Part shown: piece after piece, positions 8,732 through 19,319 of the stretch
Layout: each line of letters starts with the position of its first letter
How positions within the stretch are numbered: the stretch's first letter is position 1
Origin: an uncultured Planctomycetales bacterium
Lineage (GTDB): Bacteria > Planctomycetota > Phycisphaerae > UBA1845 > JAFGLZ01
Length of the DNA stretch: 64,000 nt
Direction: 5' to 3'
Assembly (NCBI GenBank): GCA_964622545.1
Contig: CAZUQM010000022.1
Coordinates: 40,080 to 104,079, forward strand
The notes under the pieces: generated by a model
Told to the model about the DNA's origin: nothing
The model's database searches: none
Seen by the model: the letters and a program-made list of their open reading frames with translations, nothing else
Program-made: the position numbers and the translations under genes

Positions 8732-10798
8732 TCACTTGGGTGGACCGATCCGATCGATCGTCCACGCTGCCCGCAGCGGCTTGCTCGTGTCCTCCCGCCG
8801 GACCGGATTGAGCCGAAACGCGGTGATCTGCTTGCCCTGCCACAGCGGGTGCTTGCCGAGCTCCAACCGGTACGTGTGCGGCTTGCCGTCGCCCCGTATC
8901 GGGAACCGCAGGCTCATCGCCTCGCGCATCGTCGGGGCGTCGGTCGTCGCCCAATACGCCTGCGCCATCCGACCGGCCGAGGTCGTCATCGTGATCTCGA
9001 GCACCGGTACGTCAGCCCCCGCGACCGGCTCGGCTAGGGTCGCCACCATGTAGCCCGGACAATCGATCCGACCCGTAAGCCGCCCGTGGCCGGCCCGAAC
9101 CTCCGACAGCCCGCGGAAGAACGTCCATTGCAGCTTCGCGCTGCGCTTGTCGAACTCGAACGACAGCTCCGTCAGCGGCGTCAGCTCCTCGACCTGTCGC
9201 GCCATCGCGAGCCACGGATCGTCGATCTCGGCCATGTAGGCGTACACCCGCTCGCGCAGCCGCCGCTCGACCTCCTTCATCTCCGCCTGACCCGCCAGGT
9301 TGGTCATCTCATGCGGATCGGCCTGCATGTCGTACAGCTCGTCCCGCTGCGGCGGCCAGAAGTGCAGGCAGTACTTGTACCGATCCGTCCGGACCATTCG
9401 AACCTGGAAGCCCGGTGTGGCGAACGTCGTGAACACCGCGTCGTGATGCCGGTCGGTCTTGCCCTCGAGCACCCGCCGCAGGCTCTGGCCCTCAACGCCC
9501 TCGGGCACCGGCGCCCCGCCGAAGTCCAGCAGCGTCGGCATCAGGTCGACCGAACTGGCCAGCGCCTCGGCCGTCCGCCCGGCCGGGATCGCCCCCGGCA
9601 TGCGGACGATCAGCGGCACACGCATCAGATCGTCGTACATCATATACGCCTTGAAGATGCACCCGTGGCCGCCGCTGAAGTCCCCGTGGTCGGTCGTGTA
9701 GATCACCAGCGTGTCCTCGGCCAAGTCCAGCTCGTCGAGCGCCGCCAGCAGCCGGCCGATCTGGGCGTCGATGTAGCTCACGTAGCCGTAGTAGTGGGCG
9801 ATCAGCTCGCGGTATTCGCGCTCGGTCCAGGCGGGCCGGTCGAGCAGGTCCCACATCTCGCCCTCGAACACGAGCTGCCTCTTGAGCCGCTTGCGCTCCT
9901 TGGCCAGGTCGATTCCGTGCATCCGCCAGTTGCCGTTGCGGTTCGACCTGGGCGCTCGCGTCATCGGATCATTGATCGTCGCCGGCAGGGGCACCTTCGC
10001 CGGATCGTACATCGCGTCCCACGGCTTCGGCGGCGTGATCGGTCGGTGCGGCCCCTCGTAGCTCACGCCCAGACAGAACGGCCGGCCTGCCGACCGCTCG
10101 CGCTTCAGGTACGCGATCGCCTGGTCGGTCAGGTACGTCTCGATGAAATGCTCCTCGGGCACGACGGAATGGCCGTTCCGGATCACCGTGTGGTGTCCGC
10201 CGCGGACCCGCTTGCCCTGGATGGGCTCTGCCCAGCCGACCTTCTTCAGGTAGGCGACGTAATCGACGCCCTCGTGGATGCCGTCTTGAAAGCCGTTCCG
10301 CGCCCGTTTGGGATCGAGCGGCGGCGGCTTGTAGGGGCGCAATCTCGGCAACTCCTCGCCCGACGCCGGCACGAACCACCGGTTGCCTCGGAGGTGCCAC
10401 TTGCCCATCCACGTCGTGTGATAGCCGACCTCGCTCAGCTCGCTCGCGAACGTGGGCAGCGTCGGGTCGAGCTGCACGCCGTTGACGATCACACCGTGAC
10501 TCTGCGGGTGCAGGCCCGTCATGATGCTCGCCCGCGACGGGGAGCACGGAAACGCCGCGATGGTGTACCGCGTGAACCGCATGCCCTCGGCCGCGAGCCG
10601 ATCCAGGTGCGGCGTCTTGACATGACGGTTTCCGTAGGCGCCCGTGATGTCCAGCTTGTGCTGGTCGGTCATGATGAACAGGATGTTGGGCCGCGTGCGG
10701 GCCGTCTGCTCGGCGCCCGCAACCTCTCCCGCTCCGATCGCGATGAGCAGGCCCGCTGCCACGAGCGTGGCGAGCCATCGGCGTCGATCCACCGTCAT
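8732..10798 (-). CDS. Formylglycine-dependent sulfatase with ~200-aa C-terminal extension
   Basis: Signal peptide, then NILFIMTDQH and the C-S-P-S-R (CxPxR) FGly motif, followed by TTDHGD-type downstream motifs. Confidence 0.9.
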   Translation of the reverse strand: MTVDRRRWLATLVAAGLLIAIGAGEVAGAEQTARTRPNILFIMTDQHKLDITGAYGNRHVKTPHLDRLAAEGMRFTRYTIAAFPCSPSRASIMTGLHPQSHGVIVNGVQLDPTLPTFASELSEVGYHTTWMGKWHLRGNRWFVPASGEELPRLRPYKPPPLDPKRARNGFQDGIHEGVDYVAYLKKVGWAEPIQGKRVRGGHHTVIRNGHSVVPEEHFIETYLTDQAIAYLKRERSAGRPFCLGVSYEGPHRPITPPKPWDAMYDPAKVPLPATINDPMTRAPRSNRNGNWRMHGIDLAKERKRLKRQLVFEGEMWDLLDRPAWTEREYRELIAHYYGYVSYIDAQIGRLLAALDELDLAEDTLVIYTTDHGDFSGGHGCIFKAYMMYDDLMRVPLIVRMPGAIPAGRTAEALASSVDLMPTLLDFGGAPVPEGVEGQSLRRVLEGKTDRHHDAVFTTFATPGFQVRMVRTDRYKYCLHFWPPQRDELYDMQADPHEMTNLAGQAEMKEVERRLRERVYAYMAEIDDPWLAMARQVEELTPLTELSFEFDKRSAKLQWTFFRGLSEVRAGHGRLTGRIDCPGYMVATLAEPVAGADVPVLEITMTTSAGRMAQAYWATTDAPTMREAMSLRFPIRGDGKPHTYRLELGKHPLWQGKQITAFRLNPVRREDTSKPLRAAWTIDRIGPPK

Positions 10799-10847
10799 AC
10801 CCGTTGCTCCTATTGCGTCTTGCTAACGTGGCGCGCGCACCCGAGGC

Positions 10848-11711
10848 TTAGTTCATGCTCGCCTCTCCGGGTTCCGGTATCGTCGTCCCGCACTCGGGAC
10901 ACGTCCCGCTCACGTTTCCGGTCAGACTGTAGCCGCACCGCTGGCAGTGGGGCTCATCATCGGTCTTTGTCGGAAGCGACCCAATCCATATGCCGAACGT
11001 CCATAGGACCGCACTCAGGCCGAGCAGGGCCGGCGCGAAGCCGTGCTTGCCGAGAAGCGGCCAGTGTCCCTGGATCGTCCAGCCCGACCCGGCCAAGGGC
11101 AGCTTCGGAACGGATACGTAGGTCCCCCCCAGCAGCATCGCCGTCACGGCCAGCAGCGACAGGGTGAACAGAAGGGCACAGCGAATCGTGCGGTCACGGA
11201 AGACCCACCGCAGGACGACGACGCTGATCACCCATAGCAGGAGGGCAGACAGCCCGATGAGCTCACAGGCCTGCCTCACTCGATACAATGGGACCCACCA
11301 GCGACCGATGAAGGGCGGGCTTCTCCATGCGTCAGAACGCAGCTTACCATCCTTGAAGCCGAGATCCCATCGGTTCTGTGTTTGCGGATCCCACAGCCCG
11401 ATGACCGAATCAGCCTTATGGTCGTGGTCCGGTTCGGCCGAAGCCACGAATTCAAGCCGAGGGAACATGTTCTTCACGCGCTGGCGTACGAGCGACTGAG
11501 ATTGATTGGTCAACGTGGCCAGCAGGTTGTCTACGGCCTGCCCGGGCGTCCAGACGCTGGCCAAATAGTGCGCCCACTGCTTCGCATAGCGGTATTCCAA
11601 GGTCACCCGCGCACCCACCAGCACGACCACGACCACCGCCAGCGCAAGCCAGATGCGATTCCGAAGCTTCGTCGGAGACTCGCCTTCCTCTGACACGCCA
11701 GGGCCTCCCAC
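10848..11711 (-). CDS. Polytopic membrane protein with C-terminal zinc ribbon
   Basis: 287 aa with several TM helices. The C-terminus carries CQRCGYSLTGNVSGTCPECG (CxxC...CxxC). Confidence 0.6.
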   Translation of the reverse strand: MGGPGVSEEGESPTKLRNRIWLALAVVVVVLVGARVTLEYRYAKQWAHYLASVWTPGQAVDNLLATLTNQSQSLVRQRVKNMFPRLEFVASAEPDHDHKADSVIGLWDPQTQNRWDLGFKDGKLRSDAWRSPPFIGRWWVPLYRVRQACELIGLSALLLWVISVVVLRWVFRDRTIRCALLFTLSLLAVTAMLLGGTYVSVPKLPLAGSGWTIQGHWPLLGKHGFAPALLGLSAVLWTFGIWIGSLPTKTDDEPHCQRCGYSLTGNVSGTCPECGTTIPEPGEASMN

Positions 11712-11749
11712 AGACTGATGGGCTCTGAGGGTCTATCGTCGGCCAGAAC

Positions 11750-14700
11750 CTACTTCCCCAGTGCCTTCAGCAGCTCGTACGAGGCGACCACCTTGAACTC
11801 GCGGCCGCCATCCTCAGGTCCGCCGACCTCCAGGGGGACCTCAGAGGCGTGCTGATAATGCCGCCCGGCCACGACGATCATGCCCTGCGAATAGGTATCC
11901 ACCGTGAACTCGCACCGCCCCTTCTGGTTGGTGTGGCCCGAGCTCGATCGGAGCTTGGCCCCGTCACGCATGTGCACATAGCTGACGTGCAACCCGTGCA
12001 CCGGCTTACCAAGGTCGTTCACGACGCGGGCAATCACCGTGACCTTCTTCTCGAGACGTAGCGTGCCCAGGTCCCGTCGTTCGCCCCGCTTCAGCTTGAG
12101 GGTCTCCGGCAGGAGGATTTCAGACCAATGTAGCGACCTGAGCCGCAGTCGGAATGGCACGCCGGCCGGTGCCAGCAGCCAGGTTCCCCGTCTAAGCTTC
12201 GAGCCATTGGCATCGCCGGCGTAGCCCGGCCGAAAGTAACCTCCGGGAGATATGAAGACGCGCGCCCATCCCGGGCATGCTTTGGACTCGACGGCGAAGT
12301 CCGCCCACAGCATCTCTCGAGCATCCTCGGCGTCCGTCTGGGCATGGATCTTCACCTTGGCGGCCGGACAGAGCCGGATGGAGGGGATCACCACGGGATC
12401 CTCGGCCCCGGGTCGCTTCTCCGGTAATCGCTGCACCAGAGGCAGGTAGCCCTCCTCGAAGACCGTGATGCTTGGCGAGCAGTGCCCATTCCAGCGAAGC
12501 GCCAACGCGAACCGGCCATCCCGGTCCGTTCGAACGACCGGGCCGCCGACGACCCACCTGATGACGCGTGCGACAACTTGACTTCCAGGACACATGGGCA
12601 GGTCGTGCAGCGCCTGCCACTGCTCGTCGGTGATCCGGGCAGCTCCCTGGCGCCTGTCCCCAGCCGTAATAAAGGCCCCGACGAGCGGTCGCCGCGTGGT
12701 TGCATCATTGACTCGCCCTCGATACCGGAGCCCAGCCGGTTCCCTGAAGACAACGTGCTCGGGCGTGTCTTCGGTGATCTCGACCGGCCCGAAGCAAATC
12801 CGCTTGTCTGTGTAGATGCTGGCTTCGTACGTCCCCAGCGGCAGCTTCGCGCCTCCCATCCAGAAGTCGGATGCGAGATGGAGGCGCGGTCGATCCGGGC
12901 GGTTCACCCATAGGCTGACCTTCCTGAGGACACTCGGATCGGTGAGGGCCCCATCCAGCGTCTCGAACGCCAACCGGTGAAAGTGCGTCCCGCGCTCCAT
13001 CGTGATGCGCAGGTCTCGGTCCACCGGATGCTTGCCCTGATGCACGAACAAACGCAGTGACTCAGGGGCCTGGATACTGACTTCGTAGACGGCATCGGGC
13101 GGGACACGATGACGCGTCCCTCCTCCGAGTCGGCTACCAACCGGGTACGTGGCGAAGCGCCCCTCCGCATCGGTCACGACCCTACCCATCGTGGAGGCGA
13201 ACCCCTGCCACGCTCCGCTACGCAAGTAGATGACCCGGATACGGACGCGGGCTCCGGCGACCGGCTTGCCGTCGGGATCGATCACGACGCCCCGCAGCGC
13301 TCTGGTGTACTCGTCCGACTGTGTGCTGACGACCGGGAGCAGAAAGCCCTCTCCCTTGTCCAGGCCCAATCGCTCGAACTGAATGTGTCCGTAGTCCGGG
13401 TGCCGAATGTCAAGAGCGTAGACACAGTGACGCCTCAAACCGATCCGGCCGTCTCTACCTGTACGGAGATCCGTGAGCTGGACCTCAGATCCATAGGGGT
13501 CATGCTTAGCCGTCGCAGTGATCGACGCTCCGGCGATCGGACGTCCGACCGCGTCCTTGAACACGATCGGCGCCGTGTGCGAATGCATCGGGAACTTCGT
13601 TGGGCGCCTGTGCGTCGCCGGCCATACGTAGAGCCTCTGATCGATCAGTTCGACGGCTTCTTGATCGTCCTGGTCCATCGGGACCACAACAGCCATGGCC
13701 GTGGAAGGCATGCTCGGATGGATCGTCGGCATGACGATAGTCGTGTTGCGCATGACGGGTTTGCCGTCGGTATCCTTCTCCCGGACCTCGCGCTCGACCT
13801 TCGCCGTTCCCATAATCGTAACGAAGTCGTCTGGGGCTTCTTCCGGGTTCTTGTAGATCCGGACGCGCAGCGGCAGCTCCAGGGGCGGCGCGCTCATCGG
13901 CCTGCTCAGATCCAGCAGGTACTCCCGTTTCTTGCCGGGCACCTTCGGCTCGATCACGATCGCGATTACCTTCCGCTTGGCGGGGGTGAGCGTGAAGCCC
14001 ATCTTGCATAAGGACTGCTCGACGACGCGCGGATCAACCGAGGAATGCTCTATGGTTCCCTTGAAGGTGCCCTCGAGGTTTGTCTCGTCGACGAACACTT
14101 TCGCAGGCCACGTGGCCGTAGCGCCTTTCCTTCCCGCGCTGCTTGCCTGTCGGAACACGGTGCTGGCATGGGTCGCGAGATGACCGATCTCCGCCGAGAA
14201 CTCGTAGCCAAGACGGTGATCTCCAAGCTCGACCACGTTGTGGAACCCCCTGGTCGACCGACTTCCGTCCGCCCGTTTCAGCTTGAGCTTGCTCGGGTCG
14301 GGACAGGTCAAAACCGTGACCTCCGTTTCAATCGCCCTCCGGCTCACCCAGATGTCAAAGGCCTTGCTGTACGCCTCGCAGATCATCTGGACCAGTCGGC
14401 GATCGCCCCCGATATCCGCGTGGGCCTTGATCGCGTAGTCACCTCCGGGTAGCTGAGCCCGTTGGATGATTGGGTCCCGACCGTTACTGGCTTCCAGAAG
14501 GAAACCAATCAGCGTTCCCCGCGTTTCGCGAATCGATGCCTTCGTGGGGCCGGACCGCTGCATCGACGAGCTCCCGCTCTGCTTGCTTGGATCCACGCGG
14601 ACCAGGCTCACGCCGCGCACCTTGGACAGCTCGACGTTGAGCGGCGGCAGCTCCGAAGACGCCTTGGCTTGATCGGCATCCGGCCTGAGCAGCACAACGG

Positions 14701-14776
14701 CCAGGATGCATCCGACGATCGACACGAAGACAACCGCACGTCCGACCGTTCGTGATGTGCCCGGTTTACGATCCAT
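11750..14776 (-). CDS. Large (1008 aa) membrane-anchored/secreted protein with repeated carboxypeptidase-regulatory-like beta-sandwich segments
   Basis: N-terminal anchor, plus a recurrent G(K/R)P(V/I)xGAxV/I pattern (GRPIAGASITATA, GKPVAGARVRIRV, RRPLVGAFITAGD, GKPVHGLHVSYVH). Lies 39 bp upstream of the zinc-ribbon gene. Confidence 0.6.
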   Translation of the reverse strand: MDRKPGTSRTVGRAVVFVSIVGCILAVVLLRPDADQAKASSELPPLNVELSKVRGVSLVRVDPSKQSGSSSMQRSGPTKASIRETRGTLIGFLLEASNGRDPIIQRAQLPGGDYAIKAHADIGGDRRLVQMICEAYSKAFDIWVSRRAIETEVTVLTCPDPSKLKLKRADGSRSTRGFHNVVELGDHRLGYEFSAEIGHLATHASTVFRQASSAGRKGATATWPAKVFVDETNLEGTFKGTIEHSSVDPRVVEQSLCKMGFTLTPAKRKVIAIVIEPKVPGKKREYLLDLSRPMSAPPLELPLRVRIYKNPEEAPDDFVTIMGTAKVEREVREKDTDGKPVMRNTTIVMPTIHPSMPSTAMAVVVPMDQDDQEAVELIDQRLYVWPATHRRPTKFPMHSHTAPIVFKDAVGRPIAGASITATAKHDPYGSEVQLTDLRTGRDGRIGLRRHCVYALDIRHPDYGHIQFERLGLDKGEGFLLPVVSTQSDEYTRALRGVVIDPDGKPVAGARVRIRVIYLRSGAWQGFASTMGRVVTDAEGRFATYPVGSRLGGGTRHRVPPDAVYEVSIQAPESLRLFVHQGKHPVDRDLRITMERGTHFHRLAFETLDGALTDPSVLRKVSLWVNRPDRPRLHLASDFWMGGAKLPLGTYEASIYTDKRICFGPVEITEDTPEHVVFREPAGLRYRGRVNDATTRRPLVGAFITAGDRRQGAARITDEQWQALHDLPMCPGSQVVARVIRWVVGGPVVRTDRDGRFALALRWNGHCSPSITVFEEGYLPLVQRLPEKRPGAEDPVVIPSIRLCPAAKVKIHAQTDAEDAREMLWADFAVESKACPGWARVFISPGGYFRPGYAGDANGSKLRRGTWLLAPAGVPFRLRLRSLHWSEILLPETLKLKRGERRDLGTLRLEKKVTVIARVVNDLGKPVHGLHVSYVHMRDGAKLRSSSGHTNQKGRCEFTVDTYSQGMIVVAGRHYQHASEVPLEVGGPEDGGREFKVVASYELLKALGK

Positions 14777-14931
14777 GGTCCTTCCTCCACATCACGTGCG
14801 GGAAGGACGGCAAGACGTCCTCCCGAATGCAGGCATGCGCCACCGCTCTCGCCCGGTGGGTCACAGCGGTACGCGCGTGGACGCGCCCCGGATCTGTCCC
14901 AATTCGAGCATATCCGTGAAGATGTTGAGGG

Positions 14932-17145
14932 TCAACAAGTGTCGGTTGATTCTTCGGGTCCTTGATCTGTCGACTGAGGCCCCGCACCGGCCAACCCGAT
15001 CGGAACGCCGCTCCGCAGGCTCTCCACCGCCCGGATCGTCGCCAGGCAGCTCGCGACCGATTGCTCGAGCGGGATCGGGTTTTCGCCGCCAGTTCTGATC
15101 GCGTCGATCAACGAGCGCAGTTCGCCGGTTTGTCCCTTGTCGCCCGGCAGCTTGATCTCGCGCTGCGAGCCGCCGCTGACGGCCGTGGCGGTGCGGAAGT
15201 CCTCGTTGATGAAGATCCGTCCGTCGCCGATGACCTCGACGCGTTCCTTAGGGTATGACTTGTCACCGCCGGACAGATACGCCACGCTCGCGACCGATCC
15301 GCTGGCCAGCCCCATCGTGATCATCGCGTGGTCCTCGGGCACCTCGGCCGCACCGCTGGCCACGCACTGGGCGTAGATCGTCTGCGGCAAGCTGCCGTCC
15401 AGGAAGCAGGCCAGGTCGATGAAGTGGCAGGCCTCGCCGATGATCCGCCCGCCGCCTTCTTGCGGGTCGTACGTCCAGTGGTCGATCGGTAGGGGCCCGG
15501 CGTTGCAGCGGTAGCTGATCGCCAGCGCTCCGTGCGACGGGCCGATGTGCGCCAGCATCTCGCGCGTCATCGGCGCGAACCGTCGGTTGAACCCGACCAT
15601 CGCGATGCGGCCGGTCTCACGCTGTGCCTCGAGCACCGCGGCCAGGCCGTCCTCCGTGATCGCCAGGGGCTTCTCGACGAAGACATGCTTGCCGGCGCGA
15701 AGCGCCTGCGCCGTCAGCACCGGATGCGTGTCGTGACGCGTCGCGACGATGACCAGGTCGATCGCCTCGTCGGCCAGCACCTGCTCGGCCTCGGTCGTGC
15801 AGTACCCGAAGCCGAACTTGTTGCCCTTGTGCTGACCCGACGGTCCGGTCGCGGTGGCCAGGCCCACCAGCTCGACGTCGTCCATCTTCGCCAGCAGCGG
15901 CAGCAAAACCGACGTGGCATACAGCCCCGCCCCGATCAGGCCGATCCGCACGCGATCGCTTCCCCGGCCGGTGGCGGCCTTCGTCGGTGTCAGGTCGAGC
16001 CGATCGCGGACCGTCACCTCCTGCGGATAGCGCAAGAGCACGCCCATCCCGCGCTGCTCGGCCGCTACGTCGTCGCCGAGAATCGCGTACGCCTGCTCGG
16101 CCTGCTCGGCGTCGAAGCGGTGCGAGATCAGCGGCCTGACGCTCAGCTTGCCCTGCGACATCAGGTCGATCACGCAAGCCATGTTGCGATGAATCGTCCA
16201 CGGCACGTACGCCTGCGGGTAGTCGATGCCCTTCTCTTCGTAGTTCGCGTCGTGCCGCCCGGGTCCGTAGGCCATCGACATCCGCAGCTCGAGCTCGCGA
16301 TCGTAGAACGGCCGGCGGTCGAGCGCCATGCCGAAGTCGCCCACGCCGATGAGGCGCCCTTTGCGTCGCGATAGGGCGGCCGCCTGGTTCACCGGCTCGC
16401 TGCTCTTCGTGGCCGCCGTCACGTAGACCGCGTCGGCGCCCTGCTCATGGGTGAACTCGGCGCAGGCGGCGTCCAACTCGTCCGGCTCGACGGCCCTCTC
16501 AATGCCGAGCTCGAACGCGAGCCGCCGCCGCGACGGATCGGGGTCGCTGCCCAGCACATGACACCCGGCCGCGGTGAGCATCTGGTGCAGCATCTGCCCG
16601 ACCAGGCCAAGCCCGATCACGATCACACGCTCGCCCAACTCGGGTTTGCCGATCCGAAGGCCCTGCATCGCGACCGAGCCGACGCACGCGAAGCAGGCCT
16701 CCTCGTTGCTGACGTTGTCGGGCAGTCTGACCAACAGGTTCCTGGATACGAACACCATGCCCGCATGCGTGGCGAACCCGCCGCCGCCGCAGGCCACGCG
16801 ATCGCCGGCTTGCACGTCGCGAAGGTCGTCGGTAACGGCCACAACCCGACCCGCGCTGCTGTACCCGAGCAGCAGCGGCTGGTCGAGCCGGCTGAAGGCC
16901 GCACCGAGCGCCGCCCGCAGACCGTCGCGCCGCACCTTGTTTAGGAACTGCTTGACCAGATCCGGTCGCTGTCGCGCCTTGCCGATGAGCGACTTCTTGG
17001 CCAGCTCGATGACGTCCTTCTCGGTGCCGGCCGAGATGAGCGAGAACTCGGTGTGCACGATCGCGCCGGGACCGCGGATCGCCGGTGCGGGGACCTCCTC
17101 GACGGTCATCTTGCCGGTGCGCCAGTTCTGGACGATCTGCTTCAT
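14932..17145 (-). CDS. Bi-domain oxidoreductase: zinc-type alcohol dehydrogenase (MDR) fused to a Gfo/Idh/MocA domain
   Basis: 737 aa. The N-terminal half is MDR-like (GLGLVGQ Rossmann motif). The C-terminal half is Gfo/Idh/MocA-like (IGLIGAGLYA, VFVEKP). Confidence 0.85.
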   Translation of the reverse strand: MKQIVQNWRTGKMTVEEVPAPAIRGPGAIVHTEFSLISAGTEKDVIELAKKSLIGKARQRPDLVKQFLNKVRRDGLRAALGAAFSRLDQPLLLGYSSAGRVVAVTDDLRDVQAGDRVACGGGGFATHAGMVFVSRNLLVRLPDNVSNEEACFACVGSVAMQGLRIGKPELGERVIVIGLGLVGQMLHQMLTAAGCHVLGSDPDPSRRRLAFELGIERAVEPDELDAACAEFTHEQGADAVYVTAATKSSEPVNQAAALSRRKGRLIGVGDFGMALDRRPFYDRELELRMSMAYGPGRHDANYEEKGIDYPQAYVPWTIHRNMACVIDLMSQGKLSVRPLISHRFDAEQAEQAYAILGDDVAAEQRGMGVLLRYPQEVTVRDRLDLTPTKAATGRGSDRVRIGLIGAGLYATSVLLPLLAKMDDVELVGLATATGPSGQHKGNKFGFGYCTTEAEQVLADEAIDLVIVATRHDTHPVLTAQALRAGKHVFVEKPLAITEDGLAAVLEAQRETGRIAMVGFNRRFAPMTREMLAHIGPSHGALAISYRCNAGPLPIDHWTYDPQEGGGRIIGEACHFIDLACFLDGSLPQTIYAQCVASGAAEVPEDHAMITMGLASGSVASVAYLSGGDKSYPKERVEVIGDGRIFINEDFRTATAVSGGSQREIKLPGDKGQTGELRSLIDAIRTGGENPIPLEQSVASCLATIRAVESLRSGVPIGLAGAGPQSTDQGPEESTDTC

Positions 17146-17332
17146 GGGGTGCCTTCTCCGCGGACCGGATCATCAACGGGAGCCGGAAGGGGCCGCAGGC
17201 CGGGCTCGCCGCGCTGCAAGCCGGGCTCGATCGCCCGCCCGGGCGGCATTATAGCGACGCCGCCGCGCGCCGACGAGGTGACGACCCCAGATGACGGTCG
17301 CGGTCATGTCGACGTGTGGACGTGTCGACGCC

Positions 17333-18100
17333 TCACTCCCGCGGCGGCAACACGTCCAGCAGCTCACGCACGTGGTCGATCCGCAAGTCCGGCCGCGCCG
17401 CCCGAAGGTCCTTCTCGGGCCACGGAATGCCGTCGTACGTCACCAACGCCGTGTTCATCCCACGTCGCTGCGGGTCGGCCAGATCGACCACCGGTCCGTC
17501 GCCGACGAACAGCATGCGCCGGGGCGGCGGCTGAGACGCCTTGCCGTAGAGCCCCTCGATAGCCGTATCCAGGATCGCCGGATGCGGCTTGCGGAAGCCC
17601 ACCGCGCTGCTGAACGCCACGGCCTCCACCGATCGACGCAGCCCCAGCCGCTTCAACTCGGCCAAGGCGTAAGGCCACGGGGCGGTCAGATTGCTCACCA
17701 CCGCGATCCGATAGCCGCGCTCCTTGAGTGCATCGAGCGTCTCGGCGGTGCCTGCGATCGGGTTCAGGCTGCCCACCCAGCCCTGCCAGAACGCGTCGAT
17801 GGCCAGGTTCATCGGCCAGGACTCCCGGTCGCCCAGGCCGATATCCTCCCCCCAGAGGGCCAACAGCAGAGGGAAGTCGATCTCGCAGTGCTTGGGGTCG
17901 TCCTTGGCCTCGGCCATCGCTCGGGCGTAACCGTCGTACAGGCGTTCGACGGCATGGTCGAAGCGGTCACCGAGCCGCACGCGCACCACCTCGCAGGCCC
18001 GGCGGACGCAATCGGGCCAGATCGCCTTCTCATGCCGGACATCCGCCAGCGTCCCGCCCCAATCGAAGAAGAGCGCTTCCACGTCCAAGTGTCTGCTCAT
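17333..18100 (-). CDS. HAD-superfamily hydrolase (haloacid dehalogenase-like subfamily IA)
   Basis: Motif I FFDWGGTL, motif II VVSN, and FVGDGPVVD near the C-terminal region. Confidence 0.8.
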   Translation of the reverse strand: MSRHLDVEALFFDWGGTLADVRHEKAIWPDCVRRACEVVRVRLGDRFDHAVERLYDGYARAMAEAKDDPKHCEIDFPLLLALWGEDIGLGDRESWPMNLAIDAFWQGWVGSLNPIAGTAETLDALKERGYRIAVVSNLTAPWPYALAELKRLGLRRSVEAVAFSSAVGFRKPHPAILDTAIEGLYGKASQPPPRRMLFVGDGPVVDLADPQRRGMNTALVTYDGIPWPEKDLRAARPDLRIDHVRELLDVLPPRE

Positions 18101-18342
18101 CGGTTCCCTCGCTACGCGATGCGGACCGACCGACCGCTAACGGGCCCGGACCGGTCGTCCACGGTGCCACCTGGATACCAGATGCGCCCATCACGTCAAG
18201 GAAGGCCTCGCCAAGTGAAACGGCATCGAGAGGCTCGATAGGCCTCGCGATGCCGTGGGAGTTCTAAACAGGCCGTCGTTATCGTTGCGTCCAGCGAGCC
18301 GGGCCGGGAGCGACCGGGCCGGAGCCGCCGCCGGATGATCCG

Positions 18343-19251
18343 CTAGTCGACCAGGAACGTCACCGTCGAGGCGTTCACGCGAAACCGCACCGTGTCGCCA
18401 AGCTGGTACTGGTTCGGGCCGGTGCCGAGCGTGACCTCCGCCGGCGGCGGATCGTACGTGAAATCCTGAACCAACGCGCCCGTGGTCGGGTTGAAGTCGC
18501 GCTCGCTGACCGCCATGAGCGACTTGGGGAACGTCCGCGCGAACGCATGGTTGAGCGTTTGGCCCGAGCCTTCAACCGGCTCGCCCGAGGCGTCCACCTG
18601 GGCCTGTTGGCTCGTGCCCGTCATGCTCGTCAGCGTCGTATTCGGAGCCAGCGAATACTGGCGAATCGTCTGGGTGCCCGCCGCCGAATCGGTCGACGTG
18701 ATGATCATCTCGAGCGTGCCGGCCGTGGAGTTGAACTGCGGGCCTTGGACCGTCGCCAGCTCGTTGCCCACCGTTACGTCGGCGGCTTCGAAGACGAAAA
18801 TCTTCCCGTTCTCGTCCACGAACTCCTTCAAGGCGTTGCCTTCGAAGGTCAGCTTCTGCGTCGTGATCGAGTCCTGCCACAGCCCGTCCAGGTTGATGTC
18901 CCCGACGTTGATGTTGTTGGCGTCGGTCGGGGCCACCTCGAACTTCTGGCTCTGCCCGGCGCCGACATTCGCCAGTAAAATCTTCCCATCGGCTTCGAAC
19001 GTGACCTCGATGTCGAATGCCGTGTTGTTTTCGACAACCAGGAAGATCCCCGACGTCGTCGTCTGAGTCGTCGGTTCGAGCGTGGTCGGACCGTCCGTTG
19101 TCGTACCGTCACCGGTAATGAAGGGGAGGGCCTCAAGGAGGGGCTCCAGCTCGGGCAGACAACCGGTCAACGTGAGGAACGTGCCACAGTCCAATTGCAG
19201 GACCAAGCCCATGCTGCACAAAGCAAGGATACCACGGATCAACAACGGCAT
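18343..19251 (-). CDS. Secreted Thr/Asn/Gln-rich hypothetical protein
   Basis: 302 aa with an N-terminal hydrophobic signal and a composition distinct from cytoplasmic neighbours. No recognised domain. Confidence 0.5.
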   Translation of the reverse strand: MPLLIRGILALCSMGLVLQLDCGTFLTLTGCLPELEPLLEALPFITGDGTTTDGPTTLEPTTQTTTSGIFLVVENNTAFDIEVTFEADGKILLANVGAGQSQKFEVAPTDANNINVGDINLDGLWQDSITTQKLTFEGNALKEFVDENGKIFVFEAADVTVGNELATVQGPQFNSTAGTLEMIITSTDSAAGTQTIRQYSLAPNTTLTSMTGTSQQAQVDASGEPVEGSGQTLNHAFARTFPKSLMAVSERDFNPTTGALVQDFTYDPPPAEVTLGTGPNQYQLGDTVRFRVNASTVTFLVD

Positions 19252-19319
19252 GTTCAGGACCCTCCCTCTCGAGCCCGGTGGGTTTTTCGGCTGGCCTTAA
19301 ACGGAACGACTGGCACCGA

